Source of the DNA: an uncultured Alphaproteobacteria bacterium
GTDB taxonomy: Bacteria; Pseudomonadota; Alphaproteobacteria; HIMB59; GCA-002718135
NCBI GenBank assembly: GCA_902615745.1
Contig: CACMQB010000003.1
Span: 40,041-104,040, forward strand
Length of the DNA: 64,000 bases
Direction: 5' to 3'
The notes beneath the pieces were generated by a model. It made no database searches and was not told where the DNA came from. It saw only the letters and a list, made by a program, of their open reading frames with translations. The first letter of the stretch is position 1. Each line of letters begins with the position of its first letter. The position numbers and the translations under genes were made by a program. Positions 46,403 to 56,375 of this stretch are shown one piece after another.

Positions 46403-47656
46403 ATGAAAGATGAGAGAATTAATTCTGTATTTACTCCTATTCTGATTGGTGGAAGCTTAATTCTTCTAATAAGTTTTGCAATTCGTTCAACATTTGGCCT
46501 ATTTCAAATTCCTATTGCGTCTGATTTTTTATGGAACCGTTCAGAATTTTCTCTTGCTATTGCTATTCAAAATTTAGCTTGGGGTGTGGGCACTCCACTA
46601 TTTAGTGCTTTTGCCGAAAAATATGGCGATAGAAAAGCAATAGCGCTAGGCTTAATTCTTTATGCAATTGGAATTTTCATAAGTAGTACTGCTACAACTC
46701 CAGAGGCGCATCAAACTTTAAACCTATTAATTGGTTTTGGGATAGCTGGTAGTGGTTTTGGTCCAATTTTAGCAGTAGTTGGAAGAGCCACGTCTCCAGA
46801 AAAAAGATCTTTAGCACTAGGCATTACAACTGCTGCAGGATCAGCTGGACAAGTGGTTGGTCCACCACTTGCTTCTATTCTATTATCATTTTTACCTTGG
46901 TCTTCAGTGTTTGAAATCTTTTCAATTATATTATTAATAACACTGATTATTGTTCCAATTTTAAAAATAGAATTATCAAATACAAATATTAATAATGAAA
47001 ATGAAAAAATTACTAATGCTGTATTTGTTGCATTAAAAGATCCAACATACTCAATGTTGTTCTTTGGTTTTTTTTCTTGCGGCTTTCAGTTAGCATTTAT
47101 CACTGCACATTTTCCAGCATTTATTGTTGAATCTAGTAGTCCAATTATAGAAGGAAGTTTAATAAGTTTGGTTTGTAGCTCTGTTGAAGGTTTAGGGGCA
47201 TTATCTATGGCTCTTATAGGTTTGTTTAATATAATTGGTTGTTTGATTGCCGGCGCTTTAGGAAAGAGACATTATAAAAAATATCTTTTATCTTTAATTT
47301 ATACCGGAAGGACTGTTGCGGCAATTTTATTTATCTTACTACCTATTACACCAACATCTATTGCAATATTTTCAATAGTTATGGGTGCCTTATGGTTAGC
47401 AACAGTTCCTTTAACTTCAGGAATTATAGGCCATATTTATGGATTAAAATTTATGGGTACATTATATGGCATTGTATTTTTTTCTCATCAGCTAGGATCT
47501 TTTGTAGGTGTTTGGTTAGGTGGTCTATTTTATGATATCTATGGAAGTTATGGTATTGTATGGTGGGTTGGTATAGGAGTAGGTGCCTTTTCTGCAATAA
47601 TCCATTTACCAATTAGAGAAAAACCATTATCTAATACAAATATACAAACAGCATAA
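46403..47656 (+). CDS. MFS transporter
   Basis: About 12 TM segments; AIQNLAWG, GFFSCGFQLAFITAHFP and FFSHQLGSF motifs. Confidence 0.9.
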   Translation: MKDERINSVFTPILIGGSLILLISFAIRSTFGLFQIPIASDFLWNRSEFSLAIAIQNLAWGVGTPLFSAFAEKYGDRKAIALGLILYAIGIFISSTATTPEAHQTLNLLIGFGIAGSGFGPILAVVGRATSPEKRSLALGITTAAGSAGQVVGPPLASILLSFLPWSSVFEIFSIILLITLIIVPILKIELSNTNINNENEKITNAVFVALKDPTYSMLFFGFFSCGFQLAFITAHFPAFIVESSSPIIEGSLISLVCSSVEGLGALSMALIGLFNIIGCLIAGALGKRHYKKYLLSLIYTGRTVAAILFILLPITPTSIAIFSIVMGALWLATVPLTSGIIGHIYGLKFMGTLYGIVFFSHQLGSFVGVWLGGLFYDIYGSYGIVWWVGIGVGAFSAIIHLPIREKPLSNTNIQTA

Positions 47657-47660
47657 TTTT

Positions 47661-47783
47661 ATGGATGAAAAAAAAATTATACGAAACTTAATTATAGTAA
47701 TTTTTTTCTTAGTTATTATTTATTCATTAGCTAGAGTTGGTGTAGGTTTAGATCTTAGCTTTGGACCTTATTTGAAAGAATAG
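47661..47783 (+). CDS. Small single-TM membrane protein (40 aa), absent from the ORF track
   Basis: MDEKKIIRNLIIVIFFLVIIYSLARVGVGLDLSFGPYLKE; starts 4 nt after the MFS stop and fills the gap to the convergent gene. Confidence 0.65.
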   Translation: MDEKKIIRNLIIVIFFLVIIYSLARVGVGLDLSFGPYLKE

Positions 47784-47788
47784 TAGAA

Positions 47789-49027
47789 TTAGTTACACCA
47801 TTCTCCTTGTTTAAATATTGGCGTTACAGCTCCATTCTTATCAACACCGTCAACATCAATTTTACCTGAGCCAATCATCCAATCAATGTGTATCATACTT
47901 GAATTACCACCTCTTTGAGTGATTTCATCTTTTGATAAGTCTTTTTTTGATTTGAAACATTTTGAATAACATTGACCCAGAGCTATATGAGAAGCAGCAT
48001 TCTCGTCAAATAAAGTGTTATAGAAAGTTATTCCTAATTGCGAGATAGGTGAACTATTTGGAACTAAGGCTACTTCACCAAGTCTTCTTGAGCCCTCATC
48101 TGAATCGAGAACTTTTAATAAAACATCTTGTCCTTTAGAAGATTTTGCATCAACAATTTTACCTTCTTCAAAGCGAACATTAATATCTTCAATTAGTGTT
48201 CCTTGATACGATAGAGGTTTGGTTGAGCAAACTTCACCACTAACACGACTAGAATGAGGAGTAGTGAATACTTCTTCAGATGGGATATTTGGATTACAAA
48301 TAATACCATTTTGGGCTTTTGACGCGCCTCCCATCCACTCATGGTCGTCAGCAAGACCTACAGTTAAAGAAGTTCCAGGACCAGAGTATTTTAAAGAATG
48401 AAAATTTTTTGCATTTAGCCAATCTGTTTTATCTCTTAAATTTTTATTATGTTGGTCCCATTCAGCTACAGGATCATCATTGCTAACTCTAGAAGCATGA
48501 AATATTGCATCTCCTAATTTTTTAATTGCTTCGCTATCATCAAGATCTGGGAAGACTCTTTTTGCCCATGCTTTTCCTGGCCATGAAATTATATTCCAGT
48601 TAATTTTAAATTCAGTAATTCTTTCTCTAGCTGGTTTATATGCAACAGCATTAGCTTTATTTGCACGCGAAACTTTATCAGGATCAATTTCAGATAATAG
48701 CATGGGATCATCACCAGCAATAGCCATTCTGGCTGTATTGTTATCAAAAGCTTCACCCATCCCATTATAAAGCCAATTTGCTGCAACATTGAAAGATTCA
48801 TCATTTCCATATTTAAATCGAGATAATGTAATATCAGAATCATTGAAAAGTGGGGTCACAAGTCCGGCTCCTTCTTTGTAAGCATATTCAGCTATTTTTC
48901 TAACTAAAGGTAAAGATTCTAATGGTGCTGTTATTAAAAGGTTTTGACCTTTTTGAAGTGCGACTCCTCTTTTAATGGATAGATATGCAAGTTTATCAAG
49001 ATTTTTTGAATCTACTTCGTAAAACAT
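47789..49027 (-). CDS. Aminopeptidase, M29 (AmpS/AmpT) family
   Basis: NIPSEEVFT, LGEVALV, FDENAASHIALG and HIDWMIG motifs. Confidence 0.93.
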   Translation of the reverse strand: MFYEVDSKNLDKLAYLSIKRGVALQKGQNLLITAPLESLPLVRKIAEYAYKEGAGLVTPLFNDSDITLSRFKYGNDESFNVAANWLYNGMGEAFDNNTARMAIAGDDPMLLSEIDPDKVSRANKANAVAYKPARERITEFKINWNIISWPGKAWAKRVFPDLDDSEAIKKLGDAIFHASRVSNDDPVAEWDQHNKNLRDKTDWLNAKNFHSLKYSGPGTSLTVGLADDHEWMGGASKAQNGIICNPNIPSEEVFTTPHSSRVSGEVCSTKPLSYQGTLIEDINVRFEEGKIVDAKSSKGQDVLLKVLDSDEGSRRLGEVALVPNSSPISQLGITFYNTLFDENAASHIALGQCYSKCFKSKKDLSKDEITQRGGNSSMIHIDWMIGSGKIDVDGVDKNGAVTPIFKQGEWCN

Positions 49028-49070
49028 TAATATTATAATTAGTTTTTATATTCTAAAAAGTCTAGAGATT

Positions 49071-49099
49071 TTGACTTTAAAATTTATCTTTAATAATTT
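49071..49099 (+). promoter_or_regulatory. Putative sigma70 promoter for dxs-panB
   Basis: TTGACT (49071-49076), 17 bp, TAATTT (49094-49099). Confidence 0.35.
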
Positions 49100-49210
49100 T
49101 AGCGAAAGGAACTTAAATATTACAAATTCTTTTATAAAATCTTTCCACAAACTCTTGTTTTTTTCTAGATATAAAAATATCAAATCTAAGCAAAAATAGT
49201 AAAATAAGTT

Positions 49211-51127
49211 ATGGATTATGAACTTTTAGATAAAATTAATTTTCCATCTGACTTAAGAGAGTTTAAAAAAAAAGATCTAAAGCAAATCTCAGAAGAATTA
49301 AGAGCTAAAACAATTGAGACTGTTTCAAAAACTGGTGGTCATTTAGGTGCTGGGTTAGGAGTTGTTGAGTTAACTGTAGCAATTCATTATGTGTTTAATA
49401 CACCACATGATAAATTAATTTGGGACGTTGGACACCAAGCTTATCCTCACAAAATTATAACAGGTAGAAAAAAAAATATCGAGACGCTGAGAAAAAAAGA
49501 CGGTGTATATGGTTTTGTTAGAAGATCAGAAAGTGAATATGATCCATTTGGTACAGCCCATAGTTCAACAGCAGTTTCAGCAGGATTGGGAATTAAAGCT
49601 GCAAAAGATATAAATAAAGATAACTCAAAAGTTATATGTGTTGTTGGAGATGGTGCATTAAGTGCAGGTTTAGCTTTTGAAGGATTAAACAATGCAGGTG
49701 CACAAAAAAAAGGTTTAATTGTCATTTTAAACGATAACAAAATGTCAATAGACAAACCTGTTGGTGCGATGAGTACTTATCTAACTAGGTTACTATCATC
49801 TAAATCTTACTCAAGTTTGAGAAATATTATTAAAAAAATATCTAAAACCTTACCATCAAATCTATCAAAGACTCTTTATAGAACAGAAGAATATTCTAAA
49901 GGACTTATCACTGGTGGAACTCTATTTGAGGAATTGGGTTTTTATTATCTTGGCCCAATAGATGGTCACAATATAGACGATATGGTGTCAGTTCTAGAAA
50001 ATATAAGAGATAACAAATTTGATAAACCAGTTTTTCTTCATTGTATAACCAAAAAAGGCAAAGGATATAGTCCTGCAGAAAAATCAGAAGATAAATTTCA
50101 CGGAGTTGAAAAGTTTGATATTAACACTGGGAACTCAGTTAAAAAAACAAATTTAAAATCCTATTCAAATGTTTTTGGTGAAACATTATCAAAACTTGCC
50201 GAAAATGATGAAAAAATTGTAGCAATAACAGCCGCTATGATGTCTGGAACAGGATTAAAATTATTCCAACAAAATTTTGAAAAAAGATTTTTTGATGTGG
50301 GTATTGCTGAACAACATGCTGTTACAATGGCAGCTGGATTGGCGACAGAGGGTTTCAAACCTTTTGTTGCAATTTATTCAACTTTTTTGCAAAGAGCTTA
50401 CGATCAAATCGTACATGACGTGGCTATTCAAAAATTACCTGTTAGATTTGCAATTGATAGAGCAGGTTTAGTAGGATCAGATGGCCCTACTCATGCTGGT
50501 TCATTTGATATTACTTATTTAGCCACATTACCAAATTTTATAGTTATGGCGCCTAGCAACCAAAGAGAGTTATCTAGTATGATAGAGTTATCTTGTGAGA
50601 TTAATGACACACCATCTGCTTTTAGATTTCCAAGAGGAACAGGATCAGAAGAACTATTTAATAATCAACCTACAGATATCAGCATAGGTAAGGGATATAT
50701 TCTAATTGAAGGTAATGATGTTGCAATCTTAAATTTAGGAACCAGACTTGAAAAATGTATTGAAGCTAGTAAGTTTCTTAATCAAAATAATATTTATCCT
50801 ACTATTGCAGATGCAAGATTTGCAAAACCATTAGACACACAATTAATTGATGACTTATTAAATAATCATAAGTATATTTTAACTATAGAAGAAGGTTCTA
50901 TAGGTGGATTTTCATCTCATGTTTTACATTATGTCCATAATATAAGATCAAAAAAGGACAATATTGTGATAAAAAATTTAATTTTTCCAGATCGTTTTGT
51001 TGAACATATGACACCGGATGAGCAATATCAAGATATTAAAATGGATACGGAATCAATAATCAGAAAAATTAATAATTTTTATGAAAATAAAATTGTTGAT
51101 ATAAAGAATTTTAAATCAAAAGTTTAA
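49211..51127 (+). CDS. dxs: 1-deoxy-D-xylulose-5-phosphate synthase
   Basis: GGHLG, WDVGHQAY, GDGA...LNDN (TPP), IAEQHA and DRAGLVG.DGPTH motifs. Confidence 0.97.
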   Translation: MDYELLDKINFPSDLREFKKKDLKQISEELRAKTIETVSKTGGHLGAGLGVVELTVAIHYVFNTPHDKLIWDVGHQAYPHKIITGRKKNIETLRKKDGVYGFVRRSESEYDPFGTAHSSTAVSAGLGIKAAKDINKDNSKVICVVGDGALSAGLAFEGLNNAGAQKKGLIVILNDNKMSIDKPVGAMSTYLTRLLSSKSYSSLRNIIKKISKTLPSNLSKTLYRTEEYSKGLITGGTLFEELGFYYLGPIDGHNIDDMVSVLENIRDNKFDKPVFLHCITKKGKGYSPAEKSEDKFHGVEKFDINTGNSVKKTNLKSYSNVFGETLSKLAENDEKIVAITAAMMSGTGLKLFQQNFEKRFFDVGIAEQHAVTMAAGLATEGFKPFVAIYSTFLQRAYDQIVHDVAIQKLPVRFAIDRAGLVGSDGPTHAGSFDITYLATLPNFIVMAPSNQRELSSMIELSCEINDTPSAFRFPRGTGSEELFNNQPTDISIGKGYILIEGNDVAILNLGTRLEKCIEASKFLNQNNIYPTIADARFAKPLDTQLIDDLLNNHKYILTIEEGSIGGFSSHVLHYVHNIRSKKDNIVIKNLIFPDRFVEHMTPDEQYQDIKMDTESIIRKINNFYENKIVDIKNFKSKV

Positions 51128-51159
51128 TTCTTAATAAAAAGTTTTATTGAAATTTAAAA

Positions 51160-51945
51160 ATGAAGAAAATTAAAATTTTACACAAAAGATTTTCTAAACC
51201 GATAAGCTGTTTGACTGCATACTCTCCATCAATTGCAAATATTTTAGATGGAAAAATTGATTTAATACTAGTTGGAGATTCTATAGGTTCAACACTCTAT
51301 GGGATGAATAATACTCAAGGAGTTACTATGGATATGATGAAAAATCATGGAGCAGCTGTGAATAAAGCAATTAAGAAAAGCTTAAAAGTGTTAGATATGC
51401 CTTATAAAACATATGATAATAAAATTGATGCATATAAAAATGCTAAAATACTTTTAAATCACTGTAAACCTGATTTATTAAAGATAGAAATTAGTAAAAA
51501 AAAATTAGTTGTTTTAAAACACTTAGTAGATAAAAAAGTAAATGTTATTTCTCATATAGGAGTAACACCACAAAGTTATAAGAATTTTAATAAAATTAAA
51601 GTTTTAGGAAAAACTAATATAGAAAAACAAAATTTGTTAAAGTTAGCAAAAGATTCTGAAGCACTTGGAGCTAAAGCAGTATTGTTAGAGTGTGTTACAA
51701 CCGATACAGCTAAACTAATTACAGAAAGTATTTCGATACCTACAATAGGTATAGGTGCTTCAAAATATTGTGATGGTCAAGTTTTGGTATTTGATGATTT
51801 AATAAATCTAACTACAAATGATAAAAAACCAAAATTTGTAAAAAATTATTTTGATTTTAATAAAGTTGCAAGCAATGTAGTGAAGAAATATAATCGAGAA
51901 GTTAAGCTTAAAAAATTTCCTAGTACTAAATTTACTTACAATTAA
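51160..51945 (+). CDS. panB: Ketopantoate hydroxymethyltransferase
   Basis: LTAY, ILVGDS, DMP, HIGVTPQ and PTIGIGA...CDGQVLV motifs. Confidence 0.92.
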   Translation: MKKIKILHKRFSKPISCLTAYSPSIANILDGKIDLILVGDSIGSTLYGMNNTQGVTMDMMKNHGAAVNKAIKKSLKVLDMPYKTYDNKIDAYKNAKILLNHCKPDLLKIEISKKKLVVLKHLVDKKVNVISHIGVTPQSYKNFNKIKVLGKTNIEKQNLLKLAKDSEALGAKAVLLECVTTDTAKLITESISIPTIGIGASKYCDGQVLVFDDLINLTTNDKKPKFVKNYFDFNKVASNVVKKYNREVKLKKFPSTKFTYN

Positions 51946-52574
51946 TCTAAATCTATAAAACTGTTATTATTATCTAAAAACTTGATTAAACCAGAATTAA
52001 TTTGATACCACAAACCAACTACATTCAATTTATTTTCATTAATTAATTTTTCTATAAAATCATATTCACGTAAATTTTTAATTGATTGTTTTATATTTTC
52101 CTGTTCAAAAAAAGTTATTTTTTCAGTTTCTGAAAAATCATTAGGGATACTGTTGTAAGAATCTTGTAAACAACCTACCCATTTATTTATGTATTCAAAA
52201 TCATTAATATTTTCTTTATTTAATAATGTTTTGTAAGAATACTCAACTCCACCACAATTAGAATGGCCTAAAATAATTAAGTTTGGAATTTTTAGAACTT
52301 TTAATGCGTATTCTATAGCGGATAATGTTTGTATATTTTGATCCTTATCATCTTTGGAAGGTACTATATTAGCGATATTTCTATGTATAAAATAATCTCC
52401 AACACTTCCACCAAATATCGTATTTTCAAGAATTCGTGAATCACAACAAGTAACAATCATAGCAATAGGTTTTTGTGGAGTTTTAGAGGCTTGTTGGTAA
52501 ATTTCTTTATAATCTTCAAAGGTATTCTTTTTCCAGAATTGATATCTTTCAATTAAAAATTTTGGTATTTCCAT
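51942..52574 (-). CDS. Beta-class carbonic anhydrase
   Basis: CCDSR, RNIANIV and HSNCGG zinc motifs. Confidence 0.93.
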   Translation of the reverse strand: MEIPKFLIERYQFWKKNTFEDYKEIYQQASKTPQKPIAMIVTCCDSRILENTIFGGSVGDYFIHRNIANIVPSKDDKDQNIQTLSAIEYALKVLKIPNLIILGHSNCGGVEYSYKTLLNKENINDFEYINKWVGCLQDSYNSIPNDFSETEKITFFEQENIKQSIKNLREYDFIEKLINENKLNVVGLWYQINSGLIKFLDNNNSFIDLD

Positions 52575-52614
52575 AATATTATTATTTTTGAGTTTATTTA
52601 TATATCAAAATTAT

Positions 52615-53589
52615 ATGAAAAAGGAAATTAGTAGAAAATTCTGCGTGGCTCCAATGATGGGTTATACAACACCGTATGCTAGGAAACTTTATAGAATTTT
52701 ATCTAGTAATAGTTTTTTATTTAGTGAAATGATAGCAACAAAGTCACTTATTCATTCAAAGAGTAGAGAGAATATTATTGATAATGACTTTAATAATCCT
52801 GTTGCTCTTCAAGTAGGCGGTTCTGTAATAAACGAATTAACTAAATCTTCAAAAATAGCTATCGATTACAATTATGATGAAATTAATTTAAATGTTGGTT
52901 GTCCAAGCAAAGCAGTACAAAAAGGAAGTTTTGGTGCATGTCTTATGAGAGATAAAATTCTTGTTAGAAATTGTATTGAAGCTTTACAAAATGATAAGAT
53001 TGAAGCTACATTAAAATGCAGATTGGGATTAGGTAAAGAATTAAACTATGAATTCTTTGAAGAGTTTATCGATGAGATTTCAAAAACTGGAATTAAATTT
53101 ATTTATGTTCATGCTAGAAATGCAATTCTAAGTGGTATTAGTCCACAAGGTAATAGAACAATACCACCGCTTAATTATGATTTTGTAAAAAAGATTAAAA
53201 ATAAGTATCCCAATATAACATTTATCCTCAATGGAGGTATTGATAACCTTGATCAAGCAAAGAGTCTATTAAAGGAATTCGATGGAGTAATGCTTGGAAG
53301 ATTAATTAAGAATAATCCTTTTGTATTAAAAGAGGTTGATAAAATAATTTTTAAAGAAAAAGATAAATTAATTGATGAAACAATAATTAATAATTATTTT
53401 GAATATATAAAACCAAAATTAGGTTTTGAATCTATGTTTAGATTATTAAGTCCTCTACTTAATATCTTTTTTTCAGTTCCTCATAGTAAAACTTATAAGT
53501 CTAAAATTAACAACTATATGAAAGAACAAAAAATTAATTTAATTGAAGATTTATTGATAAAATTTGTTAGTGAGAAAAATCTAAGTTAA
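52615..53589 (+). CDS. dusA: tRNA-dihydrouridine synthase (DusA-like)
   Basis: VAPMM, EINLNVGCPS, GACLM, VHARNA and NGGI motifs; start moved to the ATG at 52615. Confidence 0.88.
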   Translation: MKKEISRKFCVAPMMGYTTPYARKLYRILSSNSFLFSEMIATKSLIHSKSRENIIDNDFNNPVALQVGGSVINELTKSSKIAIDYNYDEINLNVGCPSKAVQKGSFGACLMRDKILVRNCIEALQNDKIEATLKCRLGLGKELNYEFFEEFIDEISKTGIKFIYVHARNAILSGISPQGNRTIPPLNYDFVKKIKNKYPNITFILNGGIDNLDQAKSLLKEFDGVMLGRLIKNNPFVLKEVDKIIFKEKDKLIDETIINNYFEYIKPKLGFESMFRLLSPLLNIFFSVPHSKTYKSKINNYMKEQKINLIEDLLIKFVSEKNLS

Positions 53590-53594
53590 ATTTT

Positions 53595-54122
53595 TTAGTA
53601 AGGTATATGATAAGAAAAACTAAGAATTTCAACTCCAGGATTTTTATCACCTAAATTTGCATTTGAAATGTGGCTAAATGAAATACCAATTCTATTTTTA
53701 TTCTTTAATTCATAACTTACTTCAAATGAAGTTCTAAACTGCAGATCGTTTCCTAATTTTTTTCCAGAACCATTATCATAAATACCAGCTCCAAAACTTG
53801 GTGTAAAAAAAAATTTACTTTTATATCCTTCAAATAATTCACCAAGATTATCTTCAAAATAGACACCAGTTAAAAAATAAGAAGCAGAGTCGTTAGTATA
53901 TTCAACACCGAAAAAAGGTTTCAAGAAAAAAAAATTATCTTCTTCTGGTCCAATATCTAGTAATGATTTATCACTTCTGTATTCATACCTAAAATCTAAA
54001 GCTTGATTTTTTTCTGAACCATCAAATTTTACATCATATAAACCTAGTCCAAAAACATTTGAACCTTTGCCGGTTAAAGAGCTTGAAAAAAAAATAATTA
54101 TTATTGGAATTAAAATTCTCAT
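53595..54122 (-). CDS. PagL-like lipid A 3-O-deacylase / acyloxyacyl hydrolase (outer-membrane barrel)
   Basis: Signal peptide, alternating aromatic beta strands, HISNA....NPG motif, terminal aromatic residue. Confidence 0.85.
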   Translation of the reverse strand: MRILIPIIIIFFSSSLTGKGSNVFGLGLYDVKFDGSEKNQALDFRYEYRSDKSLLDIGPEEDNFFFLKPFFGVEYTNDSASYFLTGVYFEDNLGELFEGYKSKFFFTPSFGAGIYDNGSGKKLGNDLQFRTSFEVSYELKNKNRIGISFSHISNANLGDKNPGVEILSFSYHIPY

Positions 54123-54156
54123 CGTAATATTATATTATAATTATTTGATTAAGCTA

Positions 54157-55023
54157 TCAAATAAAAAATTCTCTATTTTGCTGAGATATATCTAATAAAG
54201 CTTTTTTTAATTTTTCTAGTGCTTTAGTTTCAATTTGTCTTACTCTTTCTTTGCTTATTTTTAATTGTTGCCCAAGTTCATCTAATGTAATGCTTCTCTC
54301 TCGAAACTTTCTAAGACGAATAATTGTTTTCTCTCTGTCATTTAAAGTATTAATTGCTTGGTTGATAAAATCTTTTTTTATATTTTTATCATTAAAATCT
54401 TCATATGTTTCTTCAGGATTTTGACGTTCGTCTGCTAGCAAACTCATCAGATCATTTTCTGTTTCGTTGTCGACTTTTTGATTTAGATGCACATCTCCAC
54501 CTGTAAGTCTTGATTCCATATTTTGCACTTCTAAAGATTTTACATTAAGCATATTAGAAACTTTGTTTATTTCTTCTTGACCCATATACTCCCTAGAAAC
54601 ACTATTAATTTGTTGTTTAATTTTTTTAAGATTAAAAAACAGAGCTTTTTGAGATGCAGTTGAGCCTGTTCTAACTACAGACCAGTTTTTTAAAATGTAA
54701 TCTTGTATAGACGCTCTTATCCACCAAGATGCATAGGTGGAAAGTCTAAAATCTTTGGAAGTATCAAATTTTTCGAGGGCATGCATTATACCAAGAACAC
54801 CCTCGTGAATAAGATCGTCTATTGGCAAACCATAGCTAGAGTATTTTCTGGCATAAGAAACTGCAAGTCGTAGATAAGAATTTAGAATTTTTTGAAGTGA
54901 TTTTGGAGTTTTATTATCTCTCCAATCATTAATAAGAAAAAATTCTTCATCTTTTTCAAGAATTGCTGCTTTTTTTGATAATTCTATAAGATTACTAGAA
55001 AAAAAATAATTTTTTGATGTCAT
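54157..55023 (-). CDS. rpoH: Sigma-32 family factor (RpoH2-like)
   Basis: FRLSTYASWWIRA, RpoH box QKALFFNLK and region 4 SKERVRQIE; located by carD/fdxA, as I recall for rhizobial rpoH2. Confidence 0.9.
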   Translation of the reverse strand: MTSKNYFFSSNLIELSKKAAILEKDEEFFLINDWRDNKTPKSLQKILNSYLRLAVSYARKYSSYGLPIDDLIHEGVLGIMHALEKFDTSKDFRLSTYASWWIRASIQDYILKNWSVVRTGSTASQKALFFNLKKIKQQINSVSREYMGQEEINKVSNMLNVKSLEVQNMESRLTGGDVHLNQKVDNETENDLMSLLADERQNPEETYEDFNDKNIKKDFINQAINTLNDREKTIIRLRKFRERSITLDELGQQLKISKERVRQIETKALEKLKKALLDISQQNREFFI

Positions 55024-55054
55024 ATATTATTATACGTAAAATTATTAGATTGGA

Positions 55055-55867
55055 TCAGTTATTTTCAAATAAATCTAAAATATCCCCATTTTCTGCGAAA
55101 ATTCCACATAGAATACTTTTATTTGATAATGGTTGTTTAAATAAAGTACAGACTACATTATTTTTTGATATTTCTAGTTGATTTGAATGTTCTGATTGAT
55201 ATCCCCTCACAATTCTTAAAAAAGTTTTATACGGTTTTTCTATTTTTGAAAAATTTTGAAAACCCCACCAAAAGCAATCATTTTGAGCTGATAGAGGTCT
55301 AGTGATATCAACACCCCTGTTAACAAATAATATTTTTTTTGTATGAGAATATGCAGCATGCTTTAAATTTAGAAAATATTGAGTATGACCTGGATTTTTT
55401 TGTAAAACTTTATTCAAATTAGAAGTCCATTTTGAAATATTAATTGTTCCAGATGAAGCTATGTGTTTTACTTCTTGTTCTGAAAATCCATATGATTCAA
55501 TTGTTTTATTTACTCCATGATCAAACATCCAGTCTATGATTTCATTAGGATTTGGGGCAAGTTGTAATTGTAACAATTTACTAAACATTTCTTCTTGAGC
55601 TCCTCTTAGAAAAATAATTGAATCAGGTTTAAGTTTAAATTTTGACATTAAATTAAATCTTAAATCAATAACACTATTTAATGTTTCCTTTGAATTATCG
55701 CCAAGACCTATTATATTTCCAAGAAAAATAAGTTTGTCGTCTGATTCAAAATTATTTAAAATAAATTTTTTTATTGAAGTAAAGGATTTTAAGTTTGAAT
55801 GAATTGAGCCTATAGCCCATATTTTGCTAAATTTTTTTAATTCTATAAAATTACTGCTGGTTTCCAA
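55055..55867 (-). CDS. Degenerate calcineurin-like metallophosphoesterase (probable pseudoenzyme)
   Basis: Motif spacing of PrpA-type phosphatases, but GSIHS, LGNIIG, RGAQE, FVNRG and VRGY replace GDIHG, GDxxDRG, GNHE, VHAG and HGH. Confidence 0.7.
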   Translation of the reverse strand: METSSNFIELKKFSKIWAIGSIHSNLKSFTSIKKFILNNFESDDKLIFLGNIIGLGDNSKETLNSVIDLRFNLMSKFKLKPDSIIFLRGAQEEMFSKLLQLQLAPNPNEIIDWMFDHGVNKTIESYGFSEQEVKHIASSGTINISKWTSNLNKVLQKNPGHTQYFLNLKHAAYSHTKKILFVNRGVDITRPLSAQNDCFWWGFQNFSKIEKPYKTFLRIVRGYQSEHSNQLEISKNNVVCTLFKQPLSNKSILCGIFAENGDILDLFENN

Positions 55868-55871
55868 AATA

Positions 55872-56375
55872 TTATTTATTATTCAATATTTGTTCTATTT
55901 TTTCTGTTGATTGAAAATAATCAGTTTTTTCAACCGCAGCAACTTCGCGAGCTAAACGCTCAATTGCAATTTGAAACATTTGTCTTTCACTATAAGATTG
56001 TTCCGCTTGACTACTTTTTCTAAACAAATCTCTTACAACTTCAGAAATTTTTATAGGGTCACCAGAAAAAATCTTTGTTTCATATTCTTGTGCTCTTCTA
56101 CTCCACATAATTCTTCTTATCTTTGGTTTAAGTTTTAAAGTTGAATAAACTTGTTCTATAATTTTTTTTGAGGAAATTTTTCTTAATCCAACTTCATTTT
56201 TTTTGTCAAGAGGTACTCTTATTATTAGTTTAGATTGCTCCATTTTTACAACATAAAAGCTCGTCTTAATATTTGATATTTCCATATTTTCAATTTTTGC
56301 AATCTCTCCAACACCATGCTTGGGATAAACTACAGTTTCACCTATTTTAAAATCAGAATTTTTTTTTGTTTTCAT
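55872..56375 (-). CDS. carD: CarD family transcriptional regulator
   Basis: VVYPKHGVG, MWSRRAQEYE.KI.SGD and EQSYSERQ motifs. Confidence 0.95.
   Translation of the reverse strand: MKTKKNSDFKIGETVVYPKHGVGEIAKIENMEISNIKTSFYVVKMEQSKLIIRVPLDKKNEVGLRKISSKKIIEQVYSTLKLKPKIRRIMWSRRAQEYETKIFSGDPIKISEVVRDLFRKSSQAEQSYSERQMFQIAIERLAREVAAVEKTDYFQSTEKIEQILNNK

Noticed and set aside
49140-49150. DnaA-box-like sequence (TTTCCACA); a similar near-match lies around 26833
   Set aside because: Isolated, mismatched sites with no cluster, so there is no support for a replication origin.
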